DNA from: Bacteroidales bacterium
Lineage (GTDB): Bacteria; Bacteroidota; Bacteroidia; Bacteroidales; UBA10428
NCBI GenBank assembly: GCA_035913795.1
Contig: JAMIIA010000094.1
Span: forward strand, 20,684 to 84,683
Direction: 5' to 3'
DNA: 64,000 nt
A model generated the notes under the pieces. That model saw only the letters and a program-made list of their open reading frames with translations. It made no database searches and was not told the origin of the DNA. The translations under genes were made by a program, and so were the position numbers. Every line of letters starts with the position of its first letter. Position 1 is the stretch's first letter. Positions 29,850-40,531 of the stretch are shown piece after piece.

Positions 29850-31115
29850 ATGAAAGTTGATGTATTGCTAGGTCTACAATGGGGCGACGAGGGCAAAGGA
29901 AAAATTGTGGATGTACTCACCCCAAAATACGATGTAATTGCACGATTTCAGGGTGGCCCTAATGCCGGCCATACCCTCGAATTCAATAACATCAAACATG
30001 TACTGCATACCATTCCTTCCGGTATATTTCGTCAGGACCAGATTAATATAATCGGTAATGGAGTAGTAATTGACCCCAATATCTTCCGACAAGAAATCGA
30101 AGAGCTAAAGGCTATTGGTGTAGACATCAGCAAGCAACTCTATATTTCGAAAAAAGCTCACCTGATAATGCCCTCCCACCGCATTCTCGATGCTGCCTCA
30201 GAAGCCTCGAAAGGAAAATCGAAAATTGGCTCAACCCTCAAGGGAATTGGCCCTACCTACATGGACAAAACAGGACGTAACGGCCTGCGGGTTGGCGATG
30301 CAGTATCGGCCAATTTTATGGAGAAATACAAGGTGCTGTTGAACAAGCACAAAGCTTTGCTGAAACAATACGATTTTGAATACAATGTAGCCGAATACGA
30401 AAAAATCTGGTTCGAAGGCATTGAAGTCTTAAAACAGTTTAAAATAATCGACAGTGAGCAGTTTCTGAATAAACTAATTGCAGAAGGAAAAAGCGTATTG
30501 GCTGAAGGAGCCCAGGGCACCATGCTCGACATCGATTTTGGCTCATATCCCTTTGTAACCTCATCGAGTACAATATGTGCCGGGGCATGCACTGGTTTGG
30601 GTGTTCCTCCCAACCGAATTGGAGAAGTATTTGGCATTTTTAAAGCCTATTGTACCCGTGTGGGAAGTGGCCCCTTCCCAACCGAACTGCACGATGAAAC
30701 CGGGGAATTGCTCCGGTCGAAAGGAAAAGAATTTGGTGCTACCACCGGCAGACCTCGCCGCTGTGGTTGGCTTGATATGCCTGCTCTGAAATATGCCATT
30801 ATGCTCAATGGTGTAACCAAGCTTATAATGATGAAAGCCGATGTGCTTTCTGATTTTGATACCATTAAAGTTGCTACTGCCTATAAAATAGGTGGTTCAA
30901 TCACTCATGAATTTCCTTATGAACTGGAAGAGGTTACGGGATGTGAATTTGAAGAACTCCCCGGATGGAAAGAAGACGATGTCCGAGACATTACCGACCA
31001 AAAGGCCATTCCGGTGCAACTAAAGAATTATATCGAATACATCGAGAAACACACTGGTGTGCCGGTGTATATTATTTCACTGGGGCCCAACCGTAGCCAG
31101 ACAATTTACCTTTAG
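29850..31115 (+). CDS. purA: Adenylosuccinate synthase
   Basis: 421 aa. GLQWGDEGKGKIVD, GGPNAGHT, GTTGRG-like TTGRPRRCGWLD. Confidence 0.95.
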   Translation: MKVDVLLGLQWGDEGKGKIVDVLTPKYDVIARFQGGPNAGHTLEFNNIKHVLHTIPSGIFRQDQINIIGNGVVIDPNIFRQEIEELKAIGVDISKQLYISKKAHLIMPSHRILDAASEASKGKSKIGSTLKGIGPTYMDKTGRNGLRVGDAVSANFMEKYKVLLNKHKALLKQYDFEYNVAEYEKIWFEGIEVLKQFKIIDSEQFLNKLIAEGKSVLAEGAQGTMLDIDFGSYPFVTSSSTICAGACTGLGVPPNRIGEVFGIFKAYCTRVGSGPFPTELHDETGELLRSKGKEFGATTGRPRRCGWLDMPALKYAIMLNGVTKLIMMKADVLSDFDTIKVATAYKIGGSITHEFPYELEEVTGCEFEELPGWKEDDVRDITDQKAIPVQLKNYIEYIEKHTGVPVYIISLGPNRSQTIYL

Positions 31116-31144
31116 CACCTATTACCTTCAACAATAAAGCAATT

Positions 31145-31186
31145 CGGGCAGCTACTGTTCAATACAGAAGCTGCCCGTTTTTATTT
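31145..31186 (+). terminator. Intrinsic terminator after purA
   Basis: 9-bp stem CGGGCAGCT (31145-31153) / AGCTGCCCG (31069-offset; read as 31169-31177), 15-nt loop, then TTTTTATTT. Confidence 0.8.
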
Positions 31187-31211
31187 CAATCTTATAAATC
31201 TTGAAGTATGT

Positions 31212-32888
<1,677 letters not shown>

Positions 32889-32976
32889 TCAAGGCAAAAA
32901 ACGTCCTATTCGTATCTTCCGAATAATTAAAATAGATTTAAGTTCTGGGAAGATAAATCGCCGGATAAAAATTAGG

Positions 32977-34002
32977 TTAAGTGGTCTTTTTCCTTGTCAG
33001 ACTTACATTTCCGCTGTTAATAGCAAACACAAATATCAATGCCACAGCACCCAACACAATGTAAACCAAATTGGTGGTTGTATGGGCTATAAAGGCAAAA
33101 ATATCTGCCTGGCTTTCGGCTACACCGTATCCTTTGGCAAGGGTAAGGCTAACCATAAAATGCCAGGGTCCAATGCCGCCTTGCACCGGAACCAGCATGG
33201 CAAGGCCACCCATCAGAAAAGTGAGCATACCGGCCCTGATACTTAATTGGGCGGTAGGTTCAAAGGCCAGAAAAACCACATACAACATGGCAAGCCACAT
33301 TAAGAAGATAAATATTGTATGACCCAGAAACTCCCATTTTTTATCGAGCCGTGAGATAGAATCAACCCCTTCGAGAAATTTTATCCATAGCGACTCTTTA
33401 TTCTCGGCCTGAGCGTTCTTTTTTCTTTTATGGTAGCGGCGCAGGTACCAGACTGCAACCACACCTAATGCCATTAAAAAAATAAGAATTAAAAGATTGC
33501 GAAAAGAAAACAATCCATAAAAGCTTTCTTTTAGTGCCGGATAAGCATCGGCTATTTTATTGAGCACACCCAGGTTAGTAGCAAAAATGAGCACAGCAAG
33601 TATTCCTAGCATCAACACATCGGCTAAACGCTCGATGATCATTGTGCCTACGAGTTTGGCAAAAGGTACTTTGTCGGTACTGGCTACCACCGAACAGCGG
33701 GCTATCTCTCCTGCGCGTGGAACAAATAAATTGACCAGGTAAAGCACATAGCAAGAAAGGAATACATTCACAAAGCGTGGTTTGTGCCCAATAGAATTAA
33801 TAAGTAATTGCCATCGCCTGGCACGCGATAAAAGGGAAAGCACACTAAAAACCAGCGACAGGGCAATCCACCAGTAATTCACTTCCCTGAAGGCGTCGAT
33901 TATTTCACGTACATCGTATTTACGATAGATAAGCCAAAAAATAAATACCCCTACAGCCAGAAAGAAAAGGTATTTAACTACTGTAATAATCGTGCTTCGC
34001 AT
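32977..34002 (-). CDS. Flippase-like / lysylphosphatidylglycerol-synthase TM-region family membrane protein (UPF0104)
   Basis: 341 aa with about 8 predicted TM helices. VPRAGEIARC and IERLADV motifs, as I remember them for LPG_synthase_TM-type proteins. Confidence 0.6.
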   Translation of the reverse strand: MRSTIITVVKYLFFLAVGVFIFWLIYRKYDVREIIDAFREVNYWWIALSLVFSVLSLLSRARRWQLLINSIGHKPRFVNVFLSCYVLYLVNLFVPRAGEIARCSVVASTDKVPFAKLVGTMIIERLADVLMLGILAVLIFATNLGVLNKIADAYPALKESFYGLFSFRNLLILIFLMALGVVAVWYLRRYHKRKKNAQAENKESLWIKFLEGVDSISRLDKKWEFLGHTIFIFLMWLAMLYVVFLAFEPTAQLSIRAGMLTFLMGGLAMLVPVQGGIGPWHFMVSLTLAKGYGVAESQADIFAFIAHTTTNLVYIVLGAVALIFVFAINSGNVSLTRKKTT

Positions 34003-34031
34003 GCAATTGTGTCTTATTCAATTTCAAGTTC

Positions 34032-34039
34032 CAAAACTA
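34032..34039 (-). promoter_or_regulatory. -7 box (TAGTTTTG on the minus strand) upstream of the UPF0104 gene
   Basis: The plus strand reads CAAAACTA, 30 nt upstream of the start at 34002. Confidence 0.35.
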
Positions 34040-34121
34040 ATCTTTTTATCTCTATCTGCCGGAAAATTGAATCCTGATTTTAAAAGTATTGACTATTTTT
34101 AGAATCATTAACAAAAACAAC

Positions 34122-35000
34122 ATGACTTATCTAGTCACTATTTTCTTTCTTCTATTCCTTTCGAGCAATAACTTATTTAGCCAGGGCACGGTAAAGCAGA
34201 GCCTTTGGTTGGAAAGTAAATTTTTGCATCAGCCAGTAAAATATTCGGTTTACCTTCCCGAAGGTTATTCGCCGGAGCAGCATTATCCGGTCATCTATTT
34301 ATTTCATGGTTTTGGTGGAGACGAAACCAGTTGGCTAAATCAATGCCGACTAAAAGAAACTGCCGACAGCCTCATCTCCTGCAAGGTGTTGCCACCGTTT
34401 ATTGCGATTATGCCTTATGGTTTTAAAAGCTACTACATCGATAACTACAACAATGAATTGAGTTACGAGACTTTTTTTACACAGGAGTTTTTACCTTTTA
34501 CTGATTCGCTTTACTCCCTTTCAAACCAATCTTCTGAAAGAGCCTTGGGCGGTTTATCGATGGGTGGTTACGGGGCAGTAGTTCTCACCCTCAAACACCC
34601 CGGGTTGTTTGGCACCTGCATTAGTCTGAGCGGGGCTCTTCGAACCCCAGAACAATTCATGGCACTATCACCGGTAAGGTACCATGAGTATTTCAGCCAG
34701 GTTTTTGGACCCTCGCTGCAAGGAAACGACAGGCTAACAGCACACTGGAAAAGCAATAGCCCCTATTATTTAATCGATTCGCTGAAAGCTTCCAGTCTGA
34801 GAAGTATTCTATGGTATATCGACTGCGGAAACCAGGACGATCTTTTACCTTCAAGCAAGGCTTTTTATAATTTATTGCAAGAATATCAGTTTCCTGCCAG
34901 TTACAGTGTTGGGCAGGGAGACCATAACTACCCCTATTGGACCAGGAGATTGGCGTATGCTCTTGAATTCTGGGGAGCTACAATGCAAAAGGAGCCTTGA
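34122..35000 (+). CDS. Secreted esterase, alpha/beta hydrolase (esterase D / CE1-like)
   Basis: ATG at 34122 gives MTYLVTIFFLLFLSSNNLFSQ (signal peptide); the track start at 34089 is less likely. YPVIYLFHGFGGDETSW and the nucleophile elbow GLSMGG. Confidence 0.72.
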   Translation: MTYLVTIFFLLFLSSNNLFSQGTVKQSLWLESKFLHQPVKYSVYLPEGYSPEQHYPVIYLFHGFGGDETSWLNQCRLKETADSLISCKVLPPFIAIMPYGFKSYYIDNYNNELSYETFFTQEFLPFTDSLYSLSNQSSERALGGLSMGGYGAVVLTLKHPGLFGTCISLSGALRTPEQFMALSPVRYHEYFSQVFGPSLQGNDRLTAHWKSNSPYYLIDSLKASSLRSILWYIDCGNQDDLLPSSKAFYNLLQEYQFPASYSVGQGDHNYPYWTRRLAYALEFWGATMQKEP

Positions 35001-35033
35001 ATCAGACTTGAAATTTATAAATATGTCTGGTAC

Positions 35034-35753
35034 TTATGATTTTCTTTTTGGAAGCTCTCCGAGCAATTGACTCACATTCTCGAGGGGTACCAAACCAATT
35101 ATTTGTTCAGGGTCTTCTGCCATTTCGTCCCAAGTCATTTTATCGACCTTGCTAAGCAATTCCTGATCAATTTCAGGGAGATAATTAAACTTTTTTTTCA
35201 ATGTAATAATTCCCAAACCATTGTCTGTTTCAAGCACCCTCACCCTTAAAGTATCGAGGTATTTTGTGCGCAGGTAGATAATAGATTTGAACACATCGCC
35301 AAACAAACCTTCGATTGGCTTTTTCTCATTTTTAGAGATATCTTTTGCAGAAATAGCAACAGCCCTATGGGGTGGAAAACAATTGTGGATGATAATTACT
35401 CCATCCCGACCAAGGTGTTGAAGGGAATTAAGCACGTTTTTTATTGAAGCTTCGAAGGAATATTGTCCATGGATAAATACCACATCGAAGGGTTTCAATT
35501 TTGTAAGTTCGGCTTTGTGCTTATAAAAAAAAGTCTCGCTGGTCTCCTGATAATATTTTGCAAACCAGTTATGAGGATTAAGTAATAGCCATTTTAATTT
35601 ACGCCCAAATGGAAGATTGAATTTCGGATCGACAGCATTTTTTCTCTTGCATCGCAACGACAAGAAATTTTGTCCACTTTCAATGCCAAGTTCAAGGTAA
35701 TTTTTAGCACCTTTCGCCTCTATAACCTTTTGTATAAACTGGGTTCGGTTCAT
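35034..35753 (-). CDS. Class I SAM-dependent methyltransferase
   Basis: 239 aa. YLELGIESGQNF (motif I) and VVFIHGQYSFE/IIIHN, as in Methyltransf_24-like proteins. Confidence 0.55.
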   Translation of the reverse strand: MNRTQFIQKVIEAKGAKNYLELGIESGQNFLSLRCKRKNAVDPKFNLPFGRKLKWLLLNPHNWFAKYYQETSETFFYKHKAELTKLKPFDVVFIHGQYSFEASIKNVLNSLQHLGRDGVIIIHNCFPPHRAVAISAKDISKNEKKPIEGLFGDVFKSIIYLRTKYLDTLRVRVLETDNGLGIITLKKKFNYLPEIDQELLSKVDKMTWDEMAEDPEQIIGLVPLENVSQLLGELPKRKS

Positions 35754-35802
35754 GCTCTCATACCTAGGTTATTATTTATGAAAAAAAGGGGGTAATTCCT
35801 TG

Positions 35803-35810
35803 CAAACTTA
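35803..35810 (-). promoter_or_regulatory. -7 box (TAAGTTTG on the minus strand) upstream of the methyltransferase
   Basis: The plus strand reads CAAACTTA, 50 nt upstream of the start at 35753. Confidence 0.3.
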
Positions 35811-35901
35811 AACCAATTCTCTTTGCAAAACAAGCCATTGCAATAGGTCCATTCTTTGCCTCAGCTTTGCAGCCATGCAAATCAACATTGCACGAAATGC
35901 G

Positions 35902-35909
35902 TATATTTG
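35902..35909 (+). promoter_or_regulatory. -7 box TATATTTG upstream of the 4-TM protein / GT87 genes
   Basis: Exact match 17 nt upstream of ATG 35926. It lies inside the longer track ORF (35875), which argues for the 35926 start. Confidence 0.4.
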
Positions 35910-35925
35910 CGCAAAATCTTATTCC

Positions 35926-36360
35926 ATGCTAAAGCAGATTATTGGTCTTTATCAACTCATTACCGGTATTTTTGGACTACTATTTGTTCTGGCAAGTGCC
36001 CTGTTAAACCAAAATCTGGCCATGCTTCGTCTGGTGCAGGGCCAGGTGTTTGCAGGGGTAATCTTGTTTGGACTTTTAGCATGGACCGGCTGGGGCATTT
36101 TAAACTCAACAGACAAAAGCATTAACTATTCTAAAGTATTGCAAGCTTTGCAAATATTTTCCTTTTCGATTTCCGGCACCTTGTATAAATTCTCGGCAGG
36201 AGCATTCGTTAGTTTTGGCTATGCCAATGGCGGACTAACCAAACATTTCGGTCTTATGCCTATCGATTTTGCCCTGACCTCGGGAACAGCAAACACTTTC
36301 AGTTTGGTAGTTTACCTTGTGCCCGTAATTATTTTAATTGCACTTTTCAAAATAAAATAA
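35926..36360 (+). CDS. Hypothetical small membrane protein (about 4 TM helices)
   Basis: 144 aa from ATG 35926 (MLKQIIGLYQLITGIFGLLFVLA...). The stop TAA is followed immediately by the ATG of the GT87-like gene. Confidence 0.5.
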   Translation: MLKQIIGLYQLITGIFGLLFVLASALLNQNLAMLRLVQGQVFAGVILFGLLAWTGWGILNSTDKSINYSKVLQALQIFSFSISGTLYKFSAGAFVSFGYANGGLTKHFGLMPIDFALTSGTANTFSLVVYLVPVIILIALFKIK

Positions 36361-37556
36361 ATGAGACAGAATAGGCTAAACATACCGGCAGAAAAATGGA
36401 GTAAATTCCTCTATTCAGGGCTTATTTTGCTCACCATTGGCATATCGCTTCAATCTTACCTGGCGGGTTACAATGAAACACTTGGTGGCCTATACAGTCA
36501 GTTTAACAATTACCTGATATTTAAACTTCCGCACAGCATTTGTTTCAAGGTCTGGATATTTACCAGCTTCACCCTGTTGATCATTACGACTATTTTAAGT
36601 ACAGTCCGGCATTTGCCTTCTTCATGGCACCTTTTTCCCTCCTGCCCGATTGGTTGGGTCTTATTGTCTGGAACACGCTTAACCTCTTAGTCTTAATTGC
36701 CGGATTAAGGAGTCTGCCATCAATTACGGCGCGTCAAACTATTTTTGTTCTTCTTTTGGGAGTATTTGAACTTATTGGCTCCCTGATGAATGAGCAGAGC
36801 AATGCCCTGATGACTGGCCTGATGTTACTGGGTATTTCCAATTTCGAAAGAGGAAGACCATTAAGGGCTATGCTATTCCTGATGTTTTCGGTATACATAA
36901 AAATATTTTCGCTTGTTGTGTTTATGGTAGTGCTATTCTATCCGAAGAAGTTACAGAGTTTTATTTTTGGAATTCTTTGGTTTATGGTTTTTGCTCTTGT
37001 ACCCATTATAGCCACCGGATGGAATGGTTTGACTGACCAGTATACAAGTTGGTACCAGCTGCTACAAATGGATTTTGACAATTCGGTAGGTTATTCGCTC
37101 CTGGGTGTGATGCACACCTGGTTTGGGTACAATGGTTCGCGGATGCTGGTTTTTGCCATTGGGGCATTGATCATGGCTTTGCCTTTAATTAAATTATCGT
37201 GGTATAAGGAAAGAAGCTTCAGATACGCTGTTTTTTCTGCTTTGCTCATTTGGGTGATTATTTTCAACCACAAGGCCGAATCGCCAAGCTTTATCATTGC
37301 CCTCACAGGAATTGGACTCTATTTTGCCATGCAAAAATCCGGATGGCTGAACAATACACTCATCGTAAGCGTAATTATATTTTCTTCGCTGGTGTATTCC
37401 GACCTCACACCTGTTTTCTGGAGAACTGAATTCTTTCATCCCTATTTTATCAAGGCTGCACCTTGCATTCTAGTTTGGCTTAAAATTATTTACGAAGTAA
37501 TGGCCAACCGACTACAATCGCAAAATGATTATCGCCCGGCTTCAACAAATCACTAG
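36361..37556 (+). pseudogene. Glycosyltransferase family 87 / DUF2029 membrane protein, interrupted by a 1-nt frameshift near 36523-36527
   Basis: Two overlapping track ORFs in different frames (36361..36690 and 36540..37556). Frame 1 gives ...YSQFNNYLIFK, and frame 3 continues (T)SAQHLFQGLDIYQLHPVDHYDYFKYSPAFAFFMAPFSLLP. Together they reproduce the conserved N-terminal block of DUF2029 proteins. Adding one A to AAA at 36523-36525 restores a single ~398-codon frame. Confidence 0.6.
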
Positions 37557-37702
37557 TATATTTACTTTCTTTATTAAATTGAAGCAATAATTTCATGTTG
37601 TTTTAAAGTTGTTAAATTGAATATAGCTTAATTTCGGTTAACAAAATTCTTAGATACTTTTTAGCCCATTATAAAAAGCGCCAAATAAACTATATACTAA
37701 CC

Positions 37703-39148
37703 ATGAGGCACCACTCTTTTTTCTTTTCAACCCTATTCATCATATTATTTTCTATAATGTTTCTTCTTTCTTCATGCACAAAAAAAGAAGTGAAGATAGC
37801 CATTCTACATACCAACGATATGCATGGAAAACTTGAAAATTTTAGTCGTTTGGCGTATTTAAAAGATAGCCTTTCTGCTTACTACGACACTGTATTTCTT
37901 GTAAGTGCCGGCGATATGTTTAGCGGAAACCCTTATGTCGATTACCACAGTGCGAAAGGCTATCCGATTGTAGACCTGATGAATAAAACAGGCTATGCAC
38001 TGGCTACCCTTGGAAACCATGAATTCGATTACGGCCAGTCAATACTTGCGCAAAGAATAATGCAGGCCCAGTTTCCGATTCTGGCAGCCAATATAATCGA
38101 CAGCAGCCGGATATTCAAACCCTTTCCTGCTTCCTGCACGCTGTCATACAAAGGTATTCCATTAATTTTTAAAGGGCTAATTGAGACCAGTAACCAGGGC
38201 AAGCCATCCACTCATCCCGACAGGGTAAAAGGACTCGCATTTATCGATCCGATTGAAGCTGCTGCATCACTCTTTAGCCACGAAATTAAACAGGGAGCAC
38301 TCATTGCCCTAACCCATCTCGGATATGAAACCGACAGCATAATTGCCATGCTACACCCGCAAATAGATGTGCAGATAGGCGGACATTCGCATACCCTCAT
38401 CGACAGTATCAGGTTCATTAACCAGGTACTCATAACCCAGGCCGGCTATAACCTGAACCATGTCGGTTTGGTTGAACTAAGTTTCAGTAATAATAAATTA
38501 ACCCATCGGAATTACAAGCTAATCGCTCTTGCAAGCGTAAAGGGACAAGATGCTGAGATAGAGGCTGAAGTTGAAAATTACTTACACAATGTTTTCCTCG
38601 ATGAGGTGCTGGCTACCAACCTCCAGCCTATTCGAAACCGCACCGAAATGGGCTGTCTCTTTACCGATGCCCAACTTCATACCCATAAGCTCGATTTTGC
38701 CTTTCAAAATTATTGGGGTTTAAGAATCGATTCCATCCCAGCGGGAAGTATAACACGAAAAGACATTCTGGGGATGGATCCTTTCGGCAATGAGCTGATA
38801 ATTCTGAATATGACTGCTGTGGAGGTAATAGACCTTATCCGATTTTCGTTTTCGCTCGAGAAACAAATTGACCTTTTTATTGCAGGTGGCAGCTACAGGG
38901 TGATTTTGAACAAAGATAACTCGGTGAACAAGATTGAGGTTTTCGATTTAAACAAGCGGCCAATCGCAGGCAAAAACTACAGAGTCGGCATAAACAGTTA
39001 CATTTTATCATCGTACGTTTTTGGGCATGCCGATTCTGGTATATCAACCGGCACTACTACCGCCGAAAACCTGATGAAATACCTGCAAAAAAAAGGTAAA
39101 ATAAATTACAGTGGATTAAGCCGCACAAGTATCTTGCAGCAACCATAA
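37703..39148 (+). CDS. Bifunctional metallophosphatase / 5'-nucleotidase lipoprotein (UshA-like)
   Basis: 481 aa with lipobox LSSCTK. ILHTNDMHG, SAGDMFSGN, GNHEFDYG and GGHSH. Confidence 0.82.
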   Translation: MRHHSFFFSTLFIILFSIMFLLSSCTKKEVKIAILHTNDMHGKLENFSRLAYLKDSLSAYYDTVFLVSAGDMFSGNPYVDYHSAKGYPIVDLMNKTGYALATLGNHEFDYGQSILAQRIMQAQFPILAANIIDSSRIFKPFPASCTLSYKGIPLIFKGLIETSNQGKPSTHPDRVKGLAFIDPIEAAASLFSHEIKQGALIALTHLGYETDSIIAMLHPQIDVQIGGHSHTLIDSIRFINQVLITQAGYNLNHVGLVELSFSNNKLTHRNYKLIALASVKGQDAEIEAEVENYLHNVFLDEVLATNLQPIRNRTEMGCLFTDAQLHTHKLDFAFQNYWGLRIDSIPAGSITRKDILGMDPFGNELIILNMTAVEVIDLIRFSFSLEKQIDLFIAGGSYRVILNKDNSVNKIEVFDLNKRPIAGKNYRVGINSYILSSYVFGHADSGISTGTTTAENLMKYLQKKGKINYSGLSRTSILQQP

Positions 39149-39166
39149 ATAAAAGTGTGGTTAAAA

Positions 39167-40258
39167 CTATTTAAGTAAAGTACCCAGAGTCTCGAGAAGC
39201 TTTTCTCCTCTCAGGTGCATGGCAATTACTTTCCCATCGCGATCGAGCAGATAGTTAAATGGTATGTATTTCACACCATACATCATAGCAGCCTGGCTGT
39301 CGAATGCACCAGTGGCATGTACGCCAATCCAGGTCATCTGGTCCTCTGCCATTGCTGCTTTCCATTTGATGGTATCGGTGTCGATCGATACAGCATAAAT
39401 TTCAAACCCTTTTTCATGAAACTGCTCATAGGCTGTGCGTAGAAAGGGACTTTCTCTGCGGCATGGGCCACACCAAGAAGCCCAGAAATCGATTAAAACA
39501 TATTTTCCGGCAAGCGACGAAAGGTTCACGGTATTACCTGAAGCATCGGGCAAACTTAGTTCGGCATATTGGCTTCCGATACCAAGGTCTTTGCTCAATT
39601 CAAGATACTCTTGAACATTCAGTCCATACTTGCTTTTCTGCATATCGTGAGAAAGACTTGCAAACAGGGCTTCACCTTCGTAGTGGTTAAGGCTTCGTAC
39701 CACCCTTTTTGCCAGGTAAGCCGAATAGAGATAATCGGGGAACTGATTGATGTATTTTACCTTTTCCTGGTCTTCAAGCGCAAGTAGCGAATCGAATTGG
39801 GCATCGAGCTTTTCTGCTAATTCCTTGTCTTCTGGATTATAAAGGGCTTCGAGCCTGGCAAGTTCGTTATAGATATATTTTACCTGTGTAAGGTAAATAT
39901 CTTCCTGACGTTGCATTTCCGACCCTGCAACACTCGCCTCATTGAATTTTTCGATATCACCCGTGAGAGAGATCAGACTGTTTTCGACCCAAAATGCTTT
40001 ATAACGTACATCGTCAGCTGGTCGTTTTACAATTACATAATACAGCGAGGGTTCTGCTACTGAGCCCGAAAATTCAAACTTACTTTTTTCTGAAGTCGTT
40101 GAATCGATGTAGGTTTTGATACTGTTGTCGTATAAATAAACTATTTCGTTGGGTTTTAAACCCTGTATTTCGCCTTCGATAATATAACCCTCTGGTCTTG
40201 ATTTGCAAGAGATTAGCAAAGAAAGCAAAAGCAGACCTGACAAAGCATACGTTTTCAT
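39167..40258 (-). CDS. TlpA-family thiol:disulfide oxidoreductase lipoprotein (DUF4369-like N-domain plus thioredoxin fold)
   Basis: 363 aa with lipobox LLISCKS. Active site FWASWCGPCRRE. Confidence 0.82.
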   Translation of the reverse strand: MKTYALSGLLLLSLLISCKSRPEGYIIEGEIQGLKPNEIVYLYDNSIKTYIDSTTSEKSKFEFSGSVAEPSLYYVIVKRPADDVRYKAFWVENSLISLTGDIEKFNEASVAGSEMQRQEDIYLTQVKYIYNELARLEALYNPEDKELAEKLDAQFDSLLALEDQEKVKYINQFPDYLYSAYLAKRVVRSLNHYEGEALFASLSHDMQKSKYGLNVQEYLELSKDLGIGSQYAELSLPDASGNTVNLSSLAGKYVLIDFWASWCGPCRRESPFLRTAYEQFHEKGFEIYAVSIDTDTIKWKAAMAEDQMTWIGVHATGAFDSQAAMMYGVKYIPFNYLLDRDGKVIAMHLRGEKLLETLGTLLK

Positions 40259-40283
40259 AAAGAATAGTGAATTATATTTTTAT

Positions 40284-40291
40284 CAAATATA
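40284..40291 (-). promoter_or_regulatory. -7 box (TATATTTG on the minus strand) upstream of the tlpA-like gene
   Basis: The plus strand reads CAAATATA, 26 nt upstream of the start at 40258. Confidence 0.4.
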
Positions 40292-40531
40292 GCATATTTC
40301 GAAACGAAAGGAAAAGACATAAAAAATTATGACTCGATAAATTTATAGTTTATTAACCTTAAAAAATATCCCTTAGGTATAGTGATTTTTTCTATTTCAG
40401 GTTTAATTTGTAATTAGAATATGTATATTTAAAATGTACTTAAGCCATTTTACTGCCCATCTGTAAGCAGCATGAACGAAAGGTACGTTTTCAGCGATAA
40501 TAAGCTTGATAAGTGAAAGGGAAGAATACAC

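Noticed and set aside
36514-36530. TTTAAAC at the GT87 frameshift site looked like a programmed -1 ribosomal frameshift heptamer.
   Set aside because: The zero frame reads ATA TTT AAA CTT, so the heptamer is phased UUU_AAA_C rather than U_UUA_AAC and tandem slippage is not supported. I also saw no obvious downstream stem or pseudoknot. A simple 1-nt indel in the A-run explains it better.
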